This document shows, in pieces, positions 21,223 to 32,800 of a stretch of DNA of 64,000 bases. Position numbers and translations under genes: made by a program. The notes under the pieces were generated by a model. It was not told the origin of the DNA. It ran no database searches and saw nothing but the letters and a program-made list of their open reading frames with translations. This stretch comes from Blastocatellia bacterium. GTDB taxonomy: Bacteria > Acidobacteriota > Blastocatellia > HR10. The first letter of the stretch is position 1. The number at the start of each line of letters is the position of its first letter. The stretch is taken from NCBI GenBank assembly GCA_025055075.1, contig JANWYV010000035.1, positions 11,163 through 75,162 of the forward strand, in the 5' to 3' direction.

Positions 21223-22806
21223 TCAAGGGAGGGCGATGACGCGCACATCGCGGATGGCCGGAATACGACGAATCTCGGCCAGCACGTCATCCGAGACGGG
21301 AGAATCCACAGTGAGCACGCCGATGGCCATCCCTTCAGCGCCGCCACGCGCGAGCGCGAAATTTCCAATATTCACCTGTGCCTCGCCCAAGAGCGTTCCG
21401 ATGCGCCCGATGACCCCAGGCACATCCTCGTTGCGAACGAGCAGCATATGAGGCGCTAGCGGGATCTCCAAGCTCACGCCGTCAATAGAGACGAGCCGCA
21501 GATTCCCCTGGTGCAGCACCGCCCCTTCGACCCAATCCACATGTCCTTCGGCGTCGCGCAATTGCACGCTGATCAGATTCGCATAACTGCGCGCGCGATT
21601 GCTCCGCGTCTCGATGATCTCGATATCGCGCTCTTCAGCCTTCGCCCGCGCGTTGATGAGGTTCACATCTTCATCGAGCATCTGCCGCAGGACGCCGCAG
21701 AGGATGGCGTTGGAGATGGGATAGACGTTGAAGTGGGTTAGCTCGCCGTAATATCGAATGCCAACCTCGCTCGGACGCACGCGTGCGATTTGAGCGACGA
21801 AGGCGCCGAGCTTCTCCCCAAGCTCCAAGAAAGGCGCTAGCCGCTGCCGCTCTTCGGGTGAGAGCGCAGGGAAGTTCACGGCGTTCCGAATAACTCCAGA
21901 TTGCAGATACTCCCGCACTTGAAGGACGATCTCTAATCCGACCTGTTCTTGCGCCTCGATCGTCGAAGCCCCAACATGAGGCGTCGCTAGCACGCGCGGA
22001 TGCTCCAAAAGCCGACGATTCCGTGGAGGCTCCTCGGCGAAGACATCCAGGCCCGCTCCCGCGATTCGTCCCGAATCGAGGCCCTCGAGCAGTGCTTCTT
22101 CATCCACCAGCTCGCCGCGCGCCGTGTTGATGAGGATCACGCCGGGCTTCATGCGCGCGATGGTCTCGCGATGGATCATCCCCCGCGTCGCGCGCGTGAG
22201 CGAGGCGTGCAGCGAGATGACGTCGGACGTGGCAAGCAATTCTTCCAGCGGGACGAGCCGCACGTCCAGCTCCTGCGCGATTCGCTCCGCGATGAAAGGA
22301 TCGTGAGCGATCACCGTCATACCGAATGCCTTGGCGCGCTTGGCCACTTCTTGACCGACCTTCCCGAGCCCGATGAGGCCGAGCGTCTTCCCCTTGAGCT
22401 CCCGCCCGAGAAACAACCCTCGCTCCCACTCCCCGCGCTTCACCGACTCGTTGGCCTTCACGATGTGGCGCACCAGGGCGAGGATCAAGCCGAAAGTGTG
22501 CTCGGCGACGCTCACGCTGTTGCCTCCTGGCGTGTTCATCACGAGGATGCCGCGCGCCGTCGCCTCCTCCAGATCAATGTTGTCCACGCCTGCGCCCGCG
22601 CGCCCGATCACCTTCAAGCGCTTCGCCGCGCGAAGCACGCGCGCCGTCAATCGCGTCTGGCTCCGAACGATCACGGCCTCGTAGGCCCCGATGATCGCCT
22701 CCATCTCCGCTGGCGTCAGCGCCGGGCGCACGTCCACGTTCCAGCCGGTCTCTCTCAAAACCTCGATGCCGGAAGGAGCGATCGGTTCCACCACCAGAAT
22801 GTTCAC
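21223..22806 (-). CDS. serA: D-3-phosphoglycerate dehydrogenase with C-terminal ACT domain (probable GTG start at 22806 behind GGAGGG RBS; track ORF extends to TTG 22860)
   Basis: NAD-binding GLIGLGKVGQEVAKRA, catalytic RGELVDEEAL...H, ACT domain. Confidence 0.85.
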   Translation of the reverse strand: MNILVVEPIAPSGIEVLRETGWNVDVRPALTPAEMEAIIGAYEAVIVRSQTRLTARVLRAAKRLKVIGRAGAGVDNIDLEEATARGILVMNTPGGNSVSVAEHTFGLILALVRHIVKANESVKRGEWERGLFLGRELKGKTLGLIGLGKVGQEVAKRAKAFGMTVIAHDPFIAERIAQELDVRLVPLEELLATSDVISLHASLTRATRGMIHRETIARMKPGVILINTARGELVDEEALLEGLDSGRIAGAGLDVFAEEPPRNRRLLEHPRVLATPHVGASTIEAQEQVGLEIVLQVREYLQSGVIRNAVNFPALSPEERQRLAPFLELGEKLGAFVAQIARVRPSEVGIRYYGELTHFNVYPISNAILCGVLRQMLDEDVNLINARAKAEERDIEIIETRSNRARSYANLISVQLRDAEGHVDWVEGAVLHQGNLRLVSIDGVSLEIPLAPHMLLVRNEDVPGVIGRIGTLLGEAQVNIGNFALARGGAEGMAIGVLTVDSPVSDDVLAEIRRIPAIRDVRVIALP

Positions 22807-22856
22807 GCTCTCGCCCTCCGAATTGGGAGCATTATGCCGTCGGGGTGCACGAAGCG

Positions 22857-24047
22857 TCAAGGCGCTCCCCGTCGAAGTTTCACGATCGTCTCAACATGAA
22901 ACGTCTGCGGGAAGAGATCGAACACCACGATCGAGGAGATCGCGTAGCCACTGGCAAGCAAGAGCTTCAGATCGCGCGCGAGCGCCGCCGGATGGCACGA
23001 GACGTAGGTGATGCGCTCGGGCGCGACGCGCACGAGCGCGCGGATGAGCGAGCGGGAGAGCCCCGCCCGCGGAGGATCGAGCACGGCGAGATCCACCGAT
23101 CCCAGCCGCCCTCCGTTCCGCGCAAGCCACGTCTCGGCGCGCTCGCGCTCGAACCGGCAATTCGTCACGCCATTCTCACGCGCATTTCGACGCGCGAACC
23201 ACACCGCGCGGGCATCGTGCTCCACACCGATGACCTCGGCGAAGCGCCGCCCGAGCGGCAGCGTGAAGAAGCCCACGCCACAGAAGAGATCGAGCGCCCG
23301 CTCTCCCTCTTCCCCCTCCGTGACCGCATGCACGAGATCCGCGAGCAAGAATCGGTTCGCCTGAAAGAACGTTCGCGCATCGAAGGTATAGGCGAACGCG
23401 CCCACCGACCACGAGACCACCGTCCGCTCATCCGAGGGATGGATGGCCACGCGCCCGTCTTCCCCTTGAGCGAGATCGAGCGCGCGCACACCTCGGAAGC
23501 GCTCCGGCGCCTCGCTCGATAAGTTGCTCAAGGCGACGTTCAACGCCGGGCTGAGCAGCGGACATTCCGCGATCGGACACATCTCATGTGATGCTGGCCG
23601 ATAGTATCCGATCTCCACGCCCCTTTCTGAGACGCGCACCTTCAATTGCGCGCGGAGCCGATAGTGGAACTCTTCCGAAGCGATGACGGGGAGTGCCTCC
23701 GTCCAAACGACGCCGCCAATACGTTCGAGCGATTCTCGAACGAACGCCGCCTTAGCCCGCTGCTGAGCCGCGTACTGAAGATGCTGGAGCTGACAGCCCC
23801 CGCACGTCCCGTAGTACGGGCACGGCGGATCGCGCCGATCGGCTGAAGCCTCCATCAACCGCACGATTCGCGCCCGTGCGAAATCAGCGCGCTCTTCGAC
23901 GATCTCCACAAGCGCCCGATCTCCTGGTGCGGCATAGGGGATGAGCAGAACTCGCCCTTCATGGCGCGCCAACCCGACGCCGCCATACACGATGCGTTCG
24001 ACGGTGACCTCGACCACGCTTTCCCTCTCGAGCGAGAGAGCATTCAA
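22857..24047 (-). CDS. rlmD: 23S rRNA (uracil-5)-methyltransferase RlmD/RumA family (TRAM domain + [4Fe-4S] + SAM MTase); likely GTG start near 24017
   Basis: TRAM domain VEVTVERIVYGGVGLARHEG, Cys cluster CPYYGTCGGCQLQH, MTase motifs DLFCGVGFFTLPL. Confidence 0.8.
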   Translation of the reverse strand: MNALSLERESVVEVTVERIVYGGVGLARHEGRVLLIPYAAPGDRALVEIVEERADFARARIVRLMEASADRRDPPCPYYGTCGGCQLQHLQYAAQQRAKAAFVRESLERIGGVVWTEALPVIASEEFHYRLRAQLKVRVSERGVEIGYYRPASHEMCPIAECPLLSPALNVALSNLSSEAPERFRGVRALDLAQGEDGRVAIHPSDERTVVSWSVGAFAYTFDARTFFQANRFLLADLVHAVTEGEEGERALDLFCGVGFFTLPLGRRFAEVIGVEHDARAVWFARRNARENGVTNCRFERERAETWLARNGGRLGSVDLAVLDPPRAGLSRSLIRALVRVAPERITYVSCHPAALARDLKLLLASGYAISSIVVFDLFPQTFHVETIVKLRRGAP

Positions 24048-24844
24048 GCTTCAACGCCCGGACCGATGTCCTTCCGCTCGAACACCCAAACCGCCAGCAC
24101 GAGCATGACCGCGGCATAATCGGCCAAGTGAAGGAAGAGCATTCCCATCGCAGGAGCGTCCTGCGGTTGCCCGATCAGCATTCCAAAGAGGGAATCGAGT
24201 CGCTCCGTCGCCGGGAAGGGGTATCCCAAGAGCGCGCGCGTGCGCTCGGATACCTCCCCCACCACCGGACGAAGGAGAGACACAAGCAGCGCGACGAACG
24301 AATCCCCGTAGTAGACGATGAGCGCCAGTGCCGCCGCGATCCACGCCGAAGTCAAGATCGAGAAGAAGAAGGCTGTGCTGAGCAGCACGAGCGCGAGCAA
24401 CACGCGCCCCAACAAAATCCACGCGTGCGCTCGATTGATCTCTCCCCCCAAGGCGTAAGCGAGTCCGAGGAAGAGGAGGGCGAAGATCGCCCACGCGAGT
24501 AACAGGGAGAGCGCGCATCCCAGATAGCTCCCCACCACATAAGCCCATCGGGGGATGGGTTTGGAGAGCACGCTCAGGATCGTCCCATCCCGCAGATCCG
24601 CGCGCACGAGCGTCGCTCCCAGGACGAGCGCGATGAAATTCCCGAACCCGCCCGCCAGAAGAGCGAACAGCAGCATCGCGCCCTCGGCCCGGACAAGAGG
24701 CGAGGTCTCTTCTCTGAGAGCGACAGCGATCCCAACGCTCGTGAGCGCCAAAACGACGAGCCCAAGGAGGAGGACGGCGAGGATCATTTTGCTCGCCATC
24801 GCGCGCCGCACAGTCAGCCACGCTTGGACGAACAGCCCGTTCAT
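24044..24844 (-). CDS. ABC-2 family transporter permease
   Basis: 6-TM hydrophobic protein; 4-nt overlap (ATGA) with upstream ABC ATPase. Confidence 0.7.
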   Translation of the reverse strand: MNGLFVQAWLTVRRAMASKMILAVLLLGLVVLALTSVGIAVALREETSPLVRAEGAMLLFALLAGGFGNFIALVLGATLVRADLRDGTILSVLSKPIPRWAYVVGSYLGCALSLLLAWAIFALLFLGLAYALGGEINRAHAWILLGRVLLALVLLSTAFFFSILTSAWIAAALALIVYYGDSFVALLVSLLRPVVGEVSERTRALLGYPFPATERLDSLFGMLIGQPQDAPAMGMLFLHLADYAAVMLVLAVWVFERKDIGPGVEA

Positions 24845-25791
24845 GAGTCCTTCGAAGGCACGAGATGCCGACCCGTGAGCTCGAGGAAGACTTCCTCCAA
24901 TGTGTGCGTGGTCGGGAGATAGGCCTTCAGTACCCCTCCATTGCCTCTCACGAGATCCACGACCTGTTGCGCAAGCGATTCCTCGCTCACGAACGTCCGA
25001 AACTCTCCTCCAGCCAGCTCGACGTTCACGCCGAGAGCGCGCAGATGATCGAGCGTCGAAGATTCGACCTGGGCAAATCGGATCTCATACCCGCGATCTC
25101 GGCCAATGATCTCCTTCAGCGGTCCTTCCCGCACGATTCGTCCGCGATCCACAATGGCCACGCGATCGCAAATGGCTTCGACCTCCGAGAGGATATGCGA
25201 GCACAGGAATACCGTGGCGCCCCTGGCCCTGTACTGTGACAGCAGCTCGCGCACCATGCGCCGTCCGCGTGGATCGAGGCCGGAGGTCGGCTCATCGAGG
25301 ATGAGCAGCTCGGGATCGTTCAAGAGCGCTTGAACTAAGCCCAAGCATTGGCGCATGCCACGCGAATATCTGCCGATCGGCAGGACGCGCGCTGACCAGA
25401 GATCGAAGTCTTTGAGGAGCCGTTCGATGCGCGTCCGCCGCTCAGCAGTCGGGAGGCGAAAGAAACGCCCGAAGACGTCAAGAAGACGCGGAGCCGTGAA
25501 TGCGGCGTAGAGCGCATATCCCTCCGGGAGATAGCCGATCCGACGTCGCGCCGCGACGGCCCCAGCCGGATGGCCGAGGACAAAGGCGCGTCCTCTCGTC
25601 GGTTTGAGGAATCCCATCAGGAGATTGAGCGTCGTCGTCTTCCCTGCTCCGTTCGGGCCGAGGAAGGCGAAGATCTCTCCGCGCCGCACCTCGAACGTCA
25701 GATCGGCGACCGCTTCGACGCTTCGCCGACGGAGCGTCCCGGTGACGAAACGTTTTGTGAGAGCCTCCGCTCGAATGACAACGTCGCTCAT
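24841..25791 (-). CDS. ABC transporter ATP-binding protein
   Basis: Walker A GPNGAGKTT, signature/Walker B LSGGMRQ-like (YSRGMRQ), LILDEPTSGLD. Confidence 0.9.
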   Translation of the reverse strand: MSDVVIRAEALTKRFVTGTLRRRSVEAVADLTFEVRRGEIFAFLGPNGAGKTTTLNLLMGFLKPTRGRAFVLGHPAGAVAARRRIGYLPEGYALYAAFTAPRLLDVFGRFFRLPTAERRTRIERLLKDFDLWSARVLPIGRYSRGMRQCLGLVQALLNDPELLILDEPTSGLDPRGRRMVRELLSQYRARGATVFLCSHILSEVEAICDRVAIVDRGRIVREGPLKEIIGRDRGYEIRFAQVESSTLDHLRALGVNVELAGGEFRTFVSEESLAQQVVDLVRGNGGVLKAYLPTTHTLEEVFLELTGRHLVPSKDS

Positions 25792-26366
25792 CGCGCGTCT
25801 TCCTCCCGAATCTCGCGGACGATGGTCTCGATCTTCGTTCCGACGCCGCCCATGTAGCCCATCTCCTGCTTGAAGATGCGTCCTTCTGGGTCCACGACAT
25901 AAAGAGTAGGCAACACGCGAACGTGATACCGTTTGGCGACTTCCCCATCCACGTCAAGGAGCACCGGAAACGGCAGCCGCGCCTGTTCGACATAGTGGCG
26001 GACCTGCGCCGGATCCTCTTGAACGTTCACGCAGAGGATCACCAGCTCAGGAAATCGCCCGCGATTCTTCTCCCACCACGAGCGGAGGTCAGCATGTTTG
26101 GCCCGACAAGGCCCACACCATGTCGCCCAGAAATCGAGGATGACGATCTTCCCACGTAGTTCTTCGAGCGCAATGCGCGCGCCATCGAGGTCGGGGAGGG
26201 TGAAAGTGGGAGCCGGCTTTCCCTCCGAAAGCTCTTCGGGCGCTCGTTTTCCGAACTCGGAGAACTTAACGCGGTACTGCAAAAGAGCGGAGGCGACCAG
26301 GAAGAGCCCGAGCAGAAAATAGGCGACCCACTGCCGCTCGATACCGACGAGCCGTGATCGCAGCAT
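25788..26366 (-). CDS. TlpA/ResA-like thiol-disulfide oxidoreductase (membrane-anchored thioredoxin fold)
   Basis: N-terminal TM anchor plus WCGPC active site; 4-nt overlap with ABC ATPase. Confidence 0.75.
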   Translation of the reverse strand: MLRSRLVGIERQWVAYFLLGLFLVASALLQYRVKFSEFGKRAPEELSEGKPAPTFTLPDLDGARIALEELRGKIVILDFWATWCGPCRAKHADLRSWWEKNRGRFPELVILCVNVQEDPAQVRHYVEQARLPFPVLLDVDGEVAKRYHVRVLPTLYVVDPEGRIFKQEMGYMGGVGTKIETIVREIREEDAR

Positions 26367-26403
26367 GGCTCTTCTCTCCCACGCTCGCCGTGAGCTGGTC
26401 GCT

Positions 26404-27750
26404 TCACTTCGCCGTCGGGCGATAGCGAGCGGCGATATGCTCCAAGCGTTCTTGGATCTCCTTCTCCGAGAGCCACCGCCCCCGCACCATGACGCCGGCC
26501 AATTGCTTCAGGTTCTCCAGGTTCGCGAGCGGATTCCCTTTGACGAGGATCAAATCGGCGCGCGCGCCGACCTCGATCGTCCCGAAGCGATCCTTGTGGC
26601 GGAAATACTCGCCCACGTTGCGCGTCGCCGTCTGCAGGATCTCATACGGCGTCAGCCCGCACTCGAGCAGCACGGGGATCTCCCGATGGATGGAGAAACC
26701 AGGGACGCTGAACTGCTGCGGCGCATCGGTCCCGAAGAGGATGCGCACACCCCCTCGATGCAGCGCTCGCAGGATCTCCTTGCGATTCGCAGCGATTCGC
26801 TCGGCTCGCTCCCGACTGTAATTTGGATTCTCCAGTCGCGCGCGATGGGCTCGAGTCCAATTCTCGACCATTTGCGGCGGCATGTAGCGCAGTTCCGAGT
26901 AGGCGAGCAGCACCTCTAAGGGGCGCGCTCCAATCAAGACCTCCCAAAGCGCCATCGTTGGGACGACCCAAGCGCCCGCTTCCCGCGTGCGCCGGACGAT
27001 GTCTTCGAGCTTGGTGCGATCGAGCGGCCCCGTGTCCCCCTCCAGGTACTCGATGTAGCCGTCCAGATGGTCAATCGTCTCCTGGCCCATTTCGAGCGCG
27101 CGCACGAGGCCGACGGCCGCTGGGACATGCCCGACCCACCGCATGCCCACTTCGCGCGCTGTCCGCGCCATCGCCTCGTACTCCTCGAGGGTGAGCCCGG
27201 GATGGATTTTCAACAGATCCCACCCCTGCTGCTTTTGCTCGCGCACGCGCGCGATGGCCTCCTCTGGCGAATTGATCGAGGCGTCGCTGAAACTCGGTCC
27301 GGCCAGATAGAGCGTCGGCGAGAGAAGCTCCCCACGATTCGCTCGCTCGCGCAATTCCAACTGCCCAGGTGCGCCGAGCATCCCGCGCACCGTCGTGATA
27401 CCGTTGGAGAGATAGAGAAACAGGACGGCTTCGAGATATTCCGGCGGCGCTTGCGGCGGGGGGATGTGCCCGTGCATCTCTCCTAAACCCGGTAACAGAT
27501 AGTACCCGCGCCCCTCGATCCGTATGGCTCCCTCAGGGATCTTCACCCGCGCACTCGGACCGACTTCGACAATGCGATCTCCCCGAACGATGACCGTGTG
27601 GTCCTCCAAGATTCGCTCGGACGTCATCGGGATGACGTTCACATGGACAAAGGCGATCTCCGTCGCGCCTGACGATTGTCCGCCCATCGCGCCAAGAACA
27701 GGGGCGATCAAAAGACCTCCGGCGAGAACGATGGCCGTCATTCGGATCAT
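26404..27750 (-). CDS. amidohydrolase-family metal-dependent hydrolase with signal peptide (start MIRMTAIVLAGG)
   Basis: HxH metal motif (GEMHGHIPP), amidohydrolase fold; AGGAGG RBS before ATG at 27750. Confidence 0.7.
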   Translation of the reverse strand: MIRMTAIVLAGGLLIAPVLGAMGGQSSGATEIAFVHVNVIPMTSERILEDHTVIVRGDRIVEVGPSARVKIPEGAIRIEGRGYYLLPGLGEMHGHIPPPQAPPEYLEAVLFLYLSNGITTVRGMLGAPGQLELRERANRGELLSPTLYLAGPSFSDASINSPEEAIARVREQKQQGWDLLKIHPGLTLEEYEAMARTAREVGMRWVGHVPAAVGLVRALEMGQETIDHLDGYIEYLEGDTGPLDRTKLEDIVRRTREAGAWVVPTMALWEVLIGARPLEVLLAYSELRYMPPQMVENWTRAHRARLENPNYSRERAERIAANRKEILRALHRGGVRILFGTDAPQQFSVPGFSIHREIPVLLECGLTPYEILQTATRNVGEYFRHKDRFGTIEVGARADLILVKGNPLANLENLKQLAGVMVRGRWLSEKEIQERLEHIAARYRPTAK

Positions 27751-27887
27751 CGTCGTTCCCCTCCTCCTGCGAATGTACAACGCGAGGATCATAGCACGAT
27801 TCCCTCCTGGCGGGAACCTGCTTCGCGAGCGCTTCAATCACCCCCGGCGATCGCCGAAACGCCGTCTCCGCACAACGTGAGCCCACC

Positions 27888-29657
27888 TCATGATCCCGGC
27901 GGACGACGCGCGAACCACAGGCCGCGAGCGCGACCGGCATTGAGGATGAAGCCGACGATGCGCCCTTGGGCATCTCGACGAAATTGGTAATGCAAGCCCG
28001 CAAGACTCAGGAACTCATCCTCGCGAAGGTGCTGGAGTGGAGAAGCGGGAATCCCGCGCGCGTGCACGACCAAGGCCTCGCCCTCGCGCGCGATCGTGTA
28101 AACAGCATCTAGCTCCTCGCTCTCGTACCTCCCCACATACTCGAGAAGCCGCTCGGGCGAGAGCGTCACCGGAGTCACCTTCTCGTAAACCTCAGCCGGT
28201 CGGTTGGGCCGAAGTATTTGGAATCGAACGGACGAGGCCTCGCCCTCGCGCGACTCCTCGAAAGCTAATTCCGCCGAGAACGGCGCTACGAGCTGAAAGC
28301 GATCCTTCGCGATCGGCCTTAATTCCAGATTCGAGCCGAACGCTTCCAAAGAGAATGTCGAACCACGCTGGAGGAGGCGGACGATGGCGCCCGTCTTCGG
28401 ATTCCGATAGATTCCCACCCGAGCCGCCAACTCGCGCTCGGCGAGCGCCACGCGCTCGGACGACGGCGCGGGTTCGGGAAAGGCGGAGGCCAGATACAGA
28501 TCCGCGATCTGGCGCGCGAGCACCGTGGGATTGATAGTACTCAGATTGCACAAGCAGATCACCGAGAATCGCCGCTCGGGGAAGCGCAGGAATTCAGCTC
28601 GATATCCTGCCCAAGAGCCGCCGTGATGGATCATCGTTAAGCCGCGATGCGTGCCCAGGATCAATCCCGCCGCGTACCGGATCGTCTCGCCGCTTGCGAG
28701 CTGACCAGGCGTCAGCATCCGACGGATCAGTTCTGGCCCGCCGACCTTCGGCTCATAGAAATTCGCATCCCAGCGCGCCAGATCCTCCACCGTCGTCATC
28801 AGCGCGCCATCTCCGGTCTGCTCGAACTGCGACATGTTGATGCGAAATCCCCCTTCCGGAGCCGGGGCATATCCGGTCGCGCGGCGAGGAACGATCCGCG
28901 TGTGATCATCCTGAAAATGCGTGCTCCTCATCCCGAGCGGGCGGAAGATGTGCTCTTCGGCGAACTCGCGGAGCGATTTGCCGCTCGCACGCTTGACGAT
29001 GATCGAGAGCAAGAAGTAGCCGGAGTTGCTGTAAAGATACTCCTCTCCGGGAGCGAAATTGAGCCCCCTCTGCCGCGCAATCAAGCGAAGGGCATCCTCC
29101 TCGGTCGTAACCCCGGCGAAATGAACGCCGGCCAAGGCCATGAGCGTGAGATAGTCCCGCAGCCCGCTCGTGTGATGCAGCAGGTGACGAATGGTGATCG
29201 GCCGGCCATAGTCGGGGATCTCTGGCACGAACTTCCGAATGTCGTCGTCCAGCGAGAGCTTTCCCTGTTGTTCCAGCAGCACGATGCTCGCCGCCGTGAA
29301 CTGTTTTGCCGTCGAGCCGATGTCGAAGACCGTTTGAGGCGTGATGGGAATCGCATGCTCGAGATTAGCCATGCCATAGCCGCGCGCATAGATGAGCTGC
29401 CCATCCTTGATGATCCCAATGGCGCATCCTGGAGAACCCGACCGATCCCATGCGGCGAAGAGTCGATCCACGTGCGCCCGCAGTGTGCTCTCGCTTTCTG
29501 AGATTTGAACAGGAGCGCCCTGCGCCGTCGGCAAGCCCGCCTCGGGCTCTCCGCTCATGAGGGAAGGATCACCCGGCCATTTCCCGAGAAGCATCGCCAT
29601 TGCGATCACTCCCATGATCCCTCGCCATTCTCTTCGAAGGATGACTCGCCTCATCAT
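27888..29657 (-). CDS. serine hydrolase, beta-lactamase/PBP-like family (start MMRRVILRRE)
   Basis: SxxK motif STAKQFTA, YSNSG, secretion signal. Confidence 0.75.
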   Translation of the reverse strand: MMRRVILRREWRGIMGVIAMAMLLGKWPGDPSLMSGEPEAGLPTAQGAPVQISESESTLRAHVDRLFAAWDRSGSPGCAIGIIKDGQLIYARGYGMANLEHAIPITPQTVFDIGSTAKQFTAASIVLLEQQGKLSLDDDIRKFVPEIPDYGRPITIRHLLHHTSGLRDYLTLMALAGVHFAGVTTEEDALRLIARQRGLNFAPGEEYLYSNSGYFLLSIIVKRASGKSLREFAEEHIFRPLGMRSTHFQDDHTRIVPRRATGYAPAPEGGFRINMSQFEQTGDGALMTTVEDLARWDANFYEPKVGGPELIRRMLTPGQLASGETIRYAAGLILGTHRGLTMIHHGGSWAGYRAEFLRFPERRFSVICLCNLSTINPTVLARQIADLYLASAFPEPAPSSERVALAERELAARVGIYRNPKTGAIVRLLQRGSTFSLEAFGSNLELRPIAKDRFQLVAPFSAELAFEESREGEASSVRFQILRPNRPAEVYEKVTPVTLSPERLLEYVGRYESEELDAVYTIAREGEALVVHARGIPASPLQHLREDEFLSLAGLHYQFRRDAQGRIVGFILNAGRARGLWFARRPPGS

Positions 29658-29825
29658 CGCGCTCGTCTTCTCCGGCGGACAATAATCGCGAACTTCACAA
29701 AAGCAGATCTTCACGCGAGAGACATTATAGGCGCAAGGGGACGTCCGAACCAATGTCCCGCGTCTTCGCCTGCGCGGGATCGCACAATGGTTGATGACGC
29801 CGTCAGGATGTGACGAGTGAGAAAG

Positions 29826-29849
29826 CAGGGGCCTGATGATGAGGGCCCC
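29826..29849 (-). terminator. possible terminator hairpin after TonB-dependent receptor gene
   Basis: GGGGCC/GGCCCC 6-bp stem with 10-nt loop, weak CUUUCU tract on the minus strand. Confidence 0.2.
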
Positions 29850-29859
29850 CGCTTCGCTC

Positions 29860-32800
29860 TCAGAAGATGAACTTCAACCCGAATTGAATCTGCCGATTCA
29901 ACGTCGTCGTCGCATTCACTTTCCCGAAGGCCGAGGAGGCCCGATTCCGCTCCGGAATCCCAAAATTCGCGTGATTCGCTGCATTGAAGAACTCGGCCCG
30001 AAATTGAAGCCGACGTTCCTCTCCGAGGCGGAAGTTCTTGAAGAGTCCGAGGTCGAGGTTATTGATCCCATCAGCGATGAGGATGTTGCGCCCGGCGTTT
30101 CCGTAGGCATACACCCCCGGCGGCAAGGTGTCAGAAAATGCGTCCGTGTTAAACCACCGATCGGGCGTGGGCTTCTTCAGTTTGGGATTCCCCACGACGA
30201 AGGGACGGTTCTCGCCGCCTGTATTGGAGATGTCGCGAGTCGTGATCACAGTGAACGGCCGTCCAGATTGCAGCGTGAGGATACCCGTTATCTGCCATCC
30301 TCCCAGGATGTGCTCGAGAACCGGATGGGCCGTCGAGAGCCAACGCCGACCCCGCCCGATGGGTAATTCGTACACGAAGCTGGTGACGAAGCGATGTCGC
30401 GCGTCGAACTCGGAGAGACCGCGTTCGGCCCTCAGGTTCCTCGGATTTTGAACAGCAGCTTCCCCAATGCCAGAAGTCGAGGGCGGTGCTCCAAGGTCGA
30501 TGGACTTCGAGATCGTCCAAGAAGTGAGGAGCGAAAGCCCTTGGGCGAAGCGACGCTCAATCCGCAACGAAAATCCGTGATAGCTGGACGTCCCAACAGC
30601 ATCGCGCCAGAAGACGTTGCTCCACTGCGGCCAGGGACGACGCGCCTGGATCGGCCCAGGCCCCGGTTCCGGCTGGTTGATGTCGAACAGTAACGGTAAG
30701 CGCGTCCCTTTCGATCCGAGGTATGTCACCTCGACGAGAAGATCCGAGGTCACCTCGCGCTGGATCCCGAGGCTCCACTGCTGCATATAGGCGGATGGAA
30801 AGTCATAATTGATCCCGTGCGGCGTGAAGCCACCGGCGGCTACGCCCGGCGGGAAGGGCCTCTCCCACGTTGCCAGGACACGCGTCGTCGTATTGGTGAA
30901 CGTCTGACGGATGCGGAACGGAATCCCACGATACATTTGCGAGAGCCCATTGCCCGCGACAATCTGATTGTAGAAGATCCCGTAGCCGCCACGAAGCACC
31001 GTGCGGTTATCGCCGAAGATCCGATAAGCGAAACCAAACCGTGGAGCGAAGTTATTCTTATCCAAGCGCCAGAGCCGACGTCCGAACGGCGAGCGCCCCA
31101 CGGTGACGAGGTTCCCATTGGCATCCACATTGATCAAGCGTCCATCGGCGACAGGGACGAATCCGGTCTTCGGATCGAAGCTCGACATCTTGTTGACGCG
31201 CTCCAGTTCGGGAAAGTTCAGCTCATAGCGCAGGCCAATGTTCAGCGTCAGCTTGGGCGAAACCTTCCAATCATCCTGCACATAAAATCCCGCCTGCGTC
31301 GTATAGGTGTTGGAGAACGGCTCGCCTGGGGCGCGCGACGTCGAGCGCAACAATCCGAGCAGGAAGTCAGCGAACGCGTTCCCAGTGAATTGTCCGTTGA
31401 AGAAGAAATCGCCCCGACCGAACTGCGTGAAGAACGAGTTGAAGAGGAACCGTTTCACGTCGGCTCCGGCCTTCACCGTATGATCGCCCCCCGTATAAGT
31501 CACGCTATTGGCGATATGATAAGTGTTCGTTCGCCGTCCCTGGGGGAGATTGGTCGGCCCTCCGATGATGGCGAAGCCCGAGACGCGGACCTGCGGCAAG
31601 CCCGTGTTAAAGAACTCCGGCCCGGCAAGGCCATCGGGGCCGCCTTGTGGAATGCCGAGCTTCTGCACCATGTTGCCCAGCGCCATGTCCTCGTGGAAGC
31701 GGTTCGTGCGCAAGCGGTTGTACCCTATCCGGAACTCGTTCAAAAAGCGCGGCGAGAAAACATGCGTGTCCACGATGGCGATGTGCTGCGTGCGCTCGGG
31801 CTCCGTGCACCCAAATCCCGGGATGACTCGATCGCCACAGAGTGGATTCGAGGGCTCGAAGTTCTCGCGCTGCATGAATTGATAGCTCGCGAAGAAGCTG
31901 TTCGCTTCCGAGAACTTGTGATCCACGCGGACGGAGAATTGATTCTGATTCTGAGTCCGAACAGCATTGAACGCATAGTTATTGGCCAATCCCGGCTGAT
32001 TCGGCAACGGCCAGAAATCCAATAGGGCGCGGCTGATCCGATGAATACGATCCTCGGGGATCCGATTGCCAGGGAAGGGCTGCCCAGTCTGCGGATCTCG
32101 AATGGGCGTCGCGATCTCGGAGAGATCGCCCCGGCGCATCTTCTCCGTCGGGACGGTGGCCAGTCGAGCGACCCCTTCGGTCAGCCGCAGGCCCTCATAC
32201 GTCACAAAGAAGAACGCGCGATCGCGAACAATGGGACCACCCGCTGAGAAACCAAATTGATGCCGTTTGAGTTCCGGCTTCGGCCCTCGTAAGAAGAAGT
32301 TACGCGCATCGAGATTGTCATTCCGCAAGAATTCGAAAACGGTGCCGTGGAATTCGTTCGTCCCGGATTTCGTCGTGATGATGATCTGCCCTCCCGAATG
32401 CCGCCCGTATTCGGCGCTGTAGATCCCGGTGAGGACCTTGAACTCGCGAATCCCATCCACCGAGGGACGATGCGTCGGTTGCATCGTCGTCTCATCGTTA
32501 TTGTCAATGCCGTCGAGCAGGAAGTAATTGTTGACCTCCGGATTACCCGCTACGTTGAAGCCGCCGCGAAAGCCAAGGGTCGAGCCTTGAGGCGGATTGA
32601 AGACATTAGGCGCTAATTGAGCGAGTTGCCAGAACTCCCGCCCATTGAGCGGCAACTCCTTCACCTTCTGCTCATCAATGACATTCCCCACCATCGCGTT
32701 CTCCGACTGCACCAACGGTGCGCCCGCTGTCACGACAACTTGCTCCTCAAGCCCGCCAACGACTAACGTGAAATCCAAGCGCGCCTCTTGTCCGACTTGC

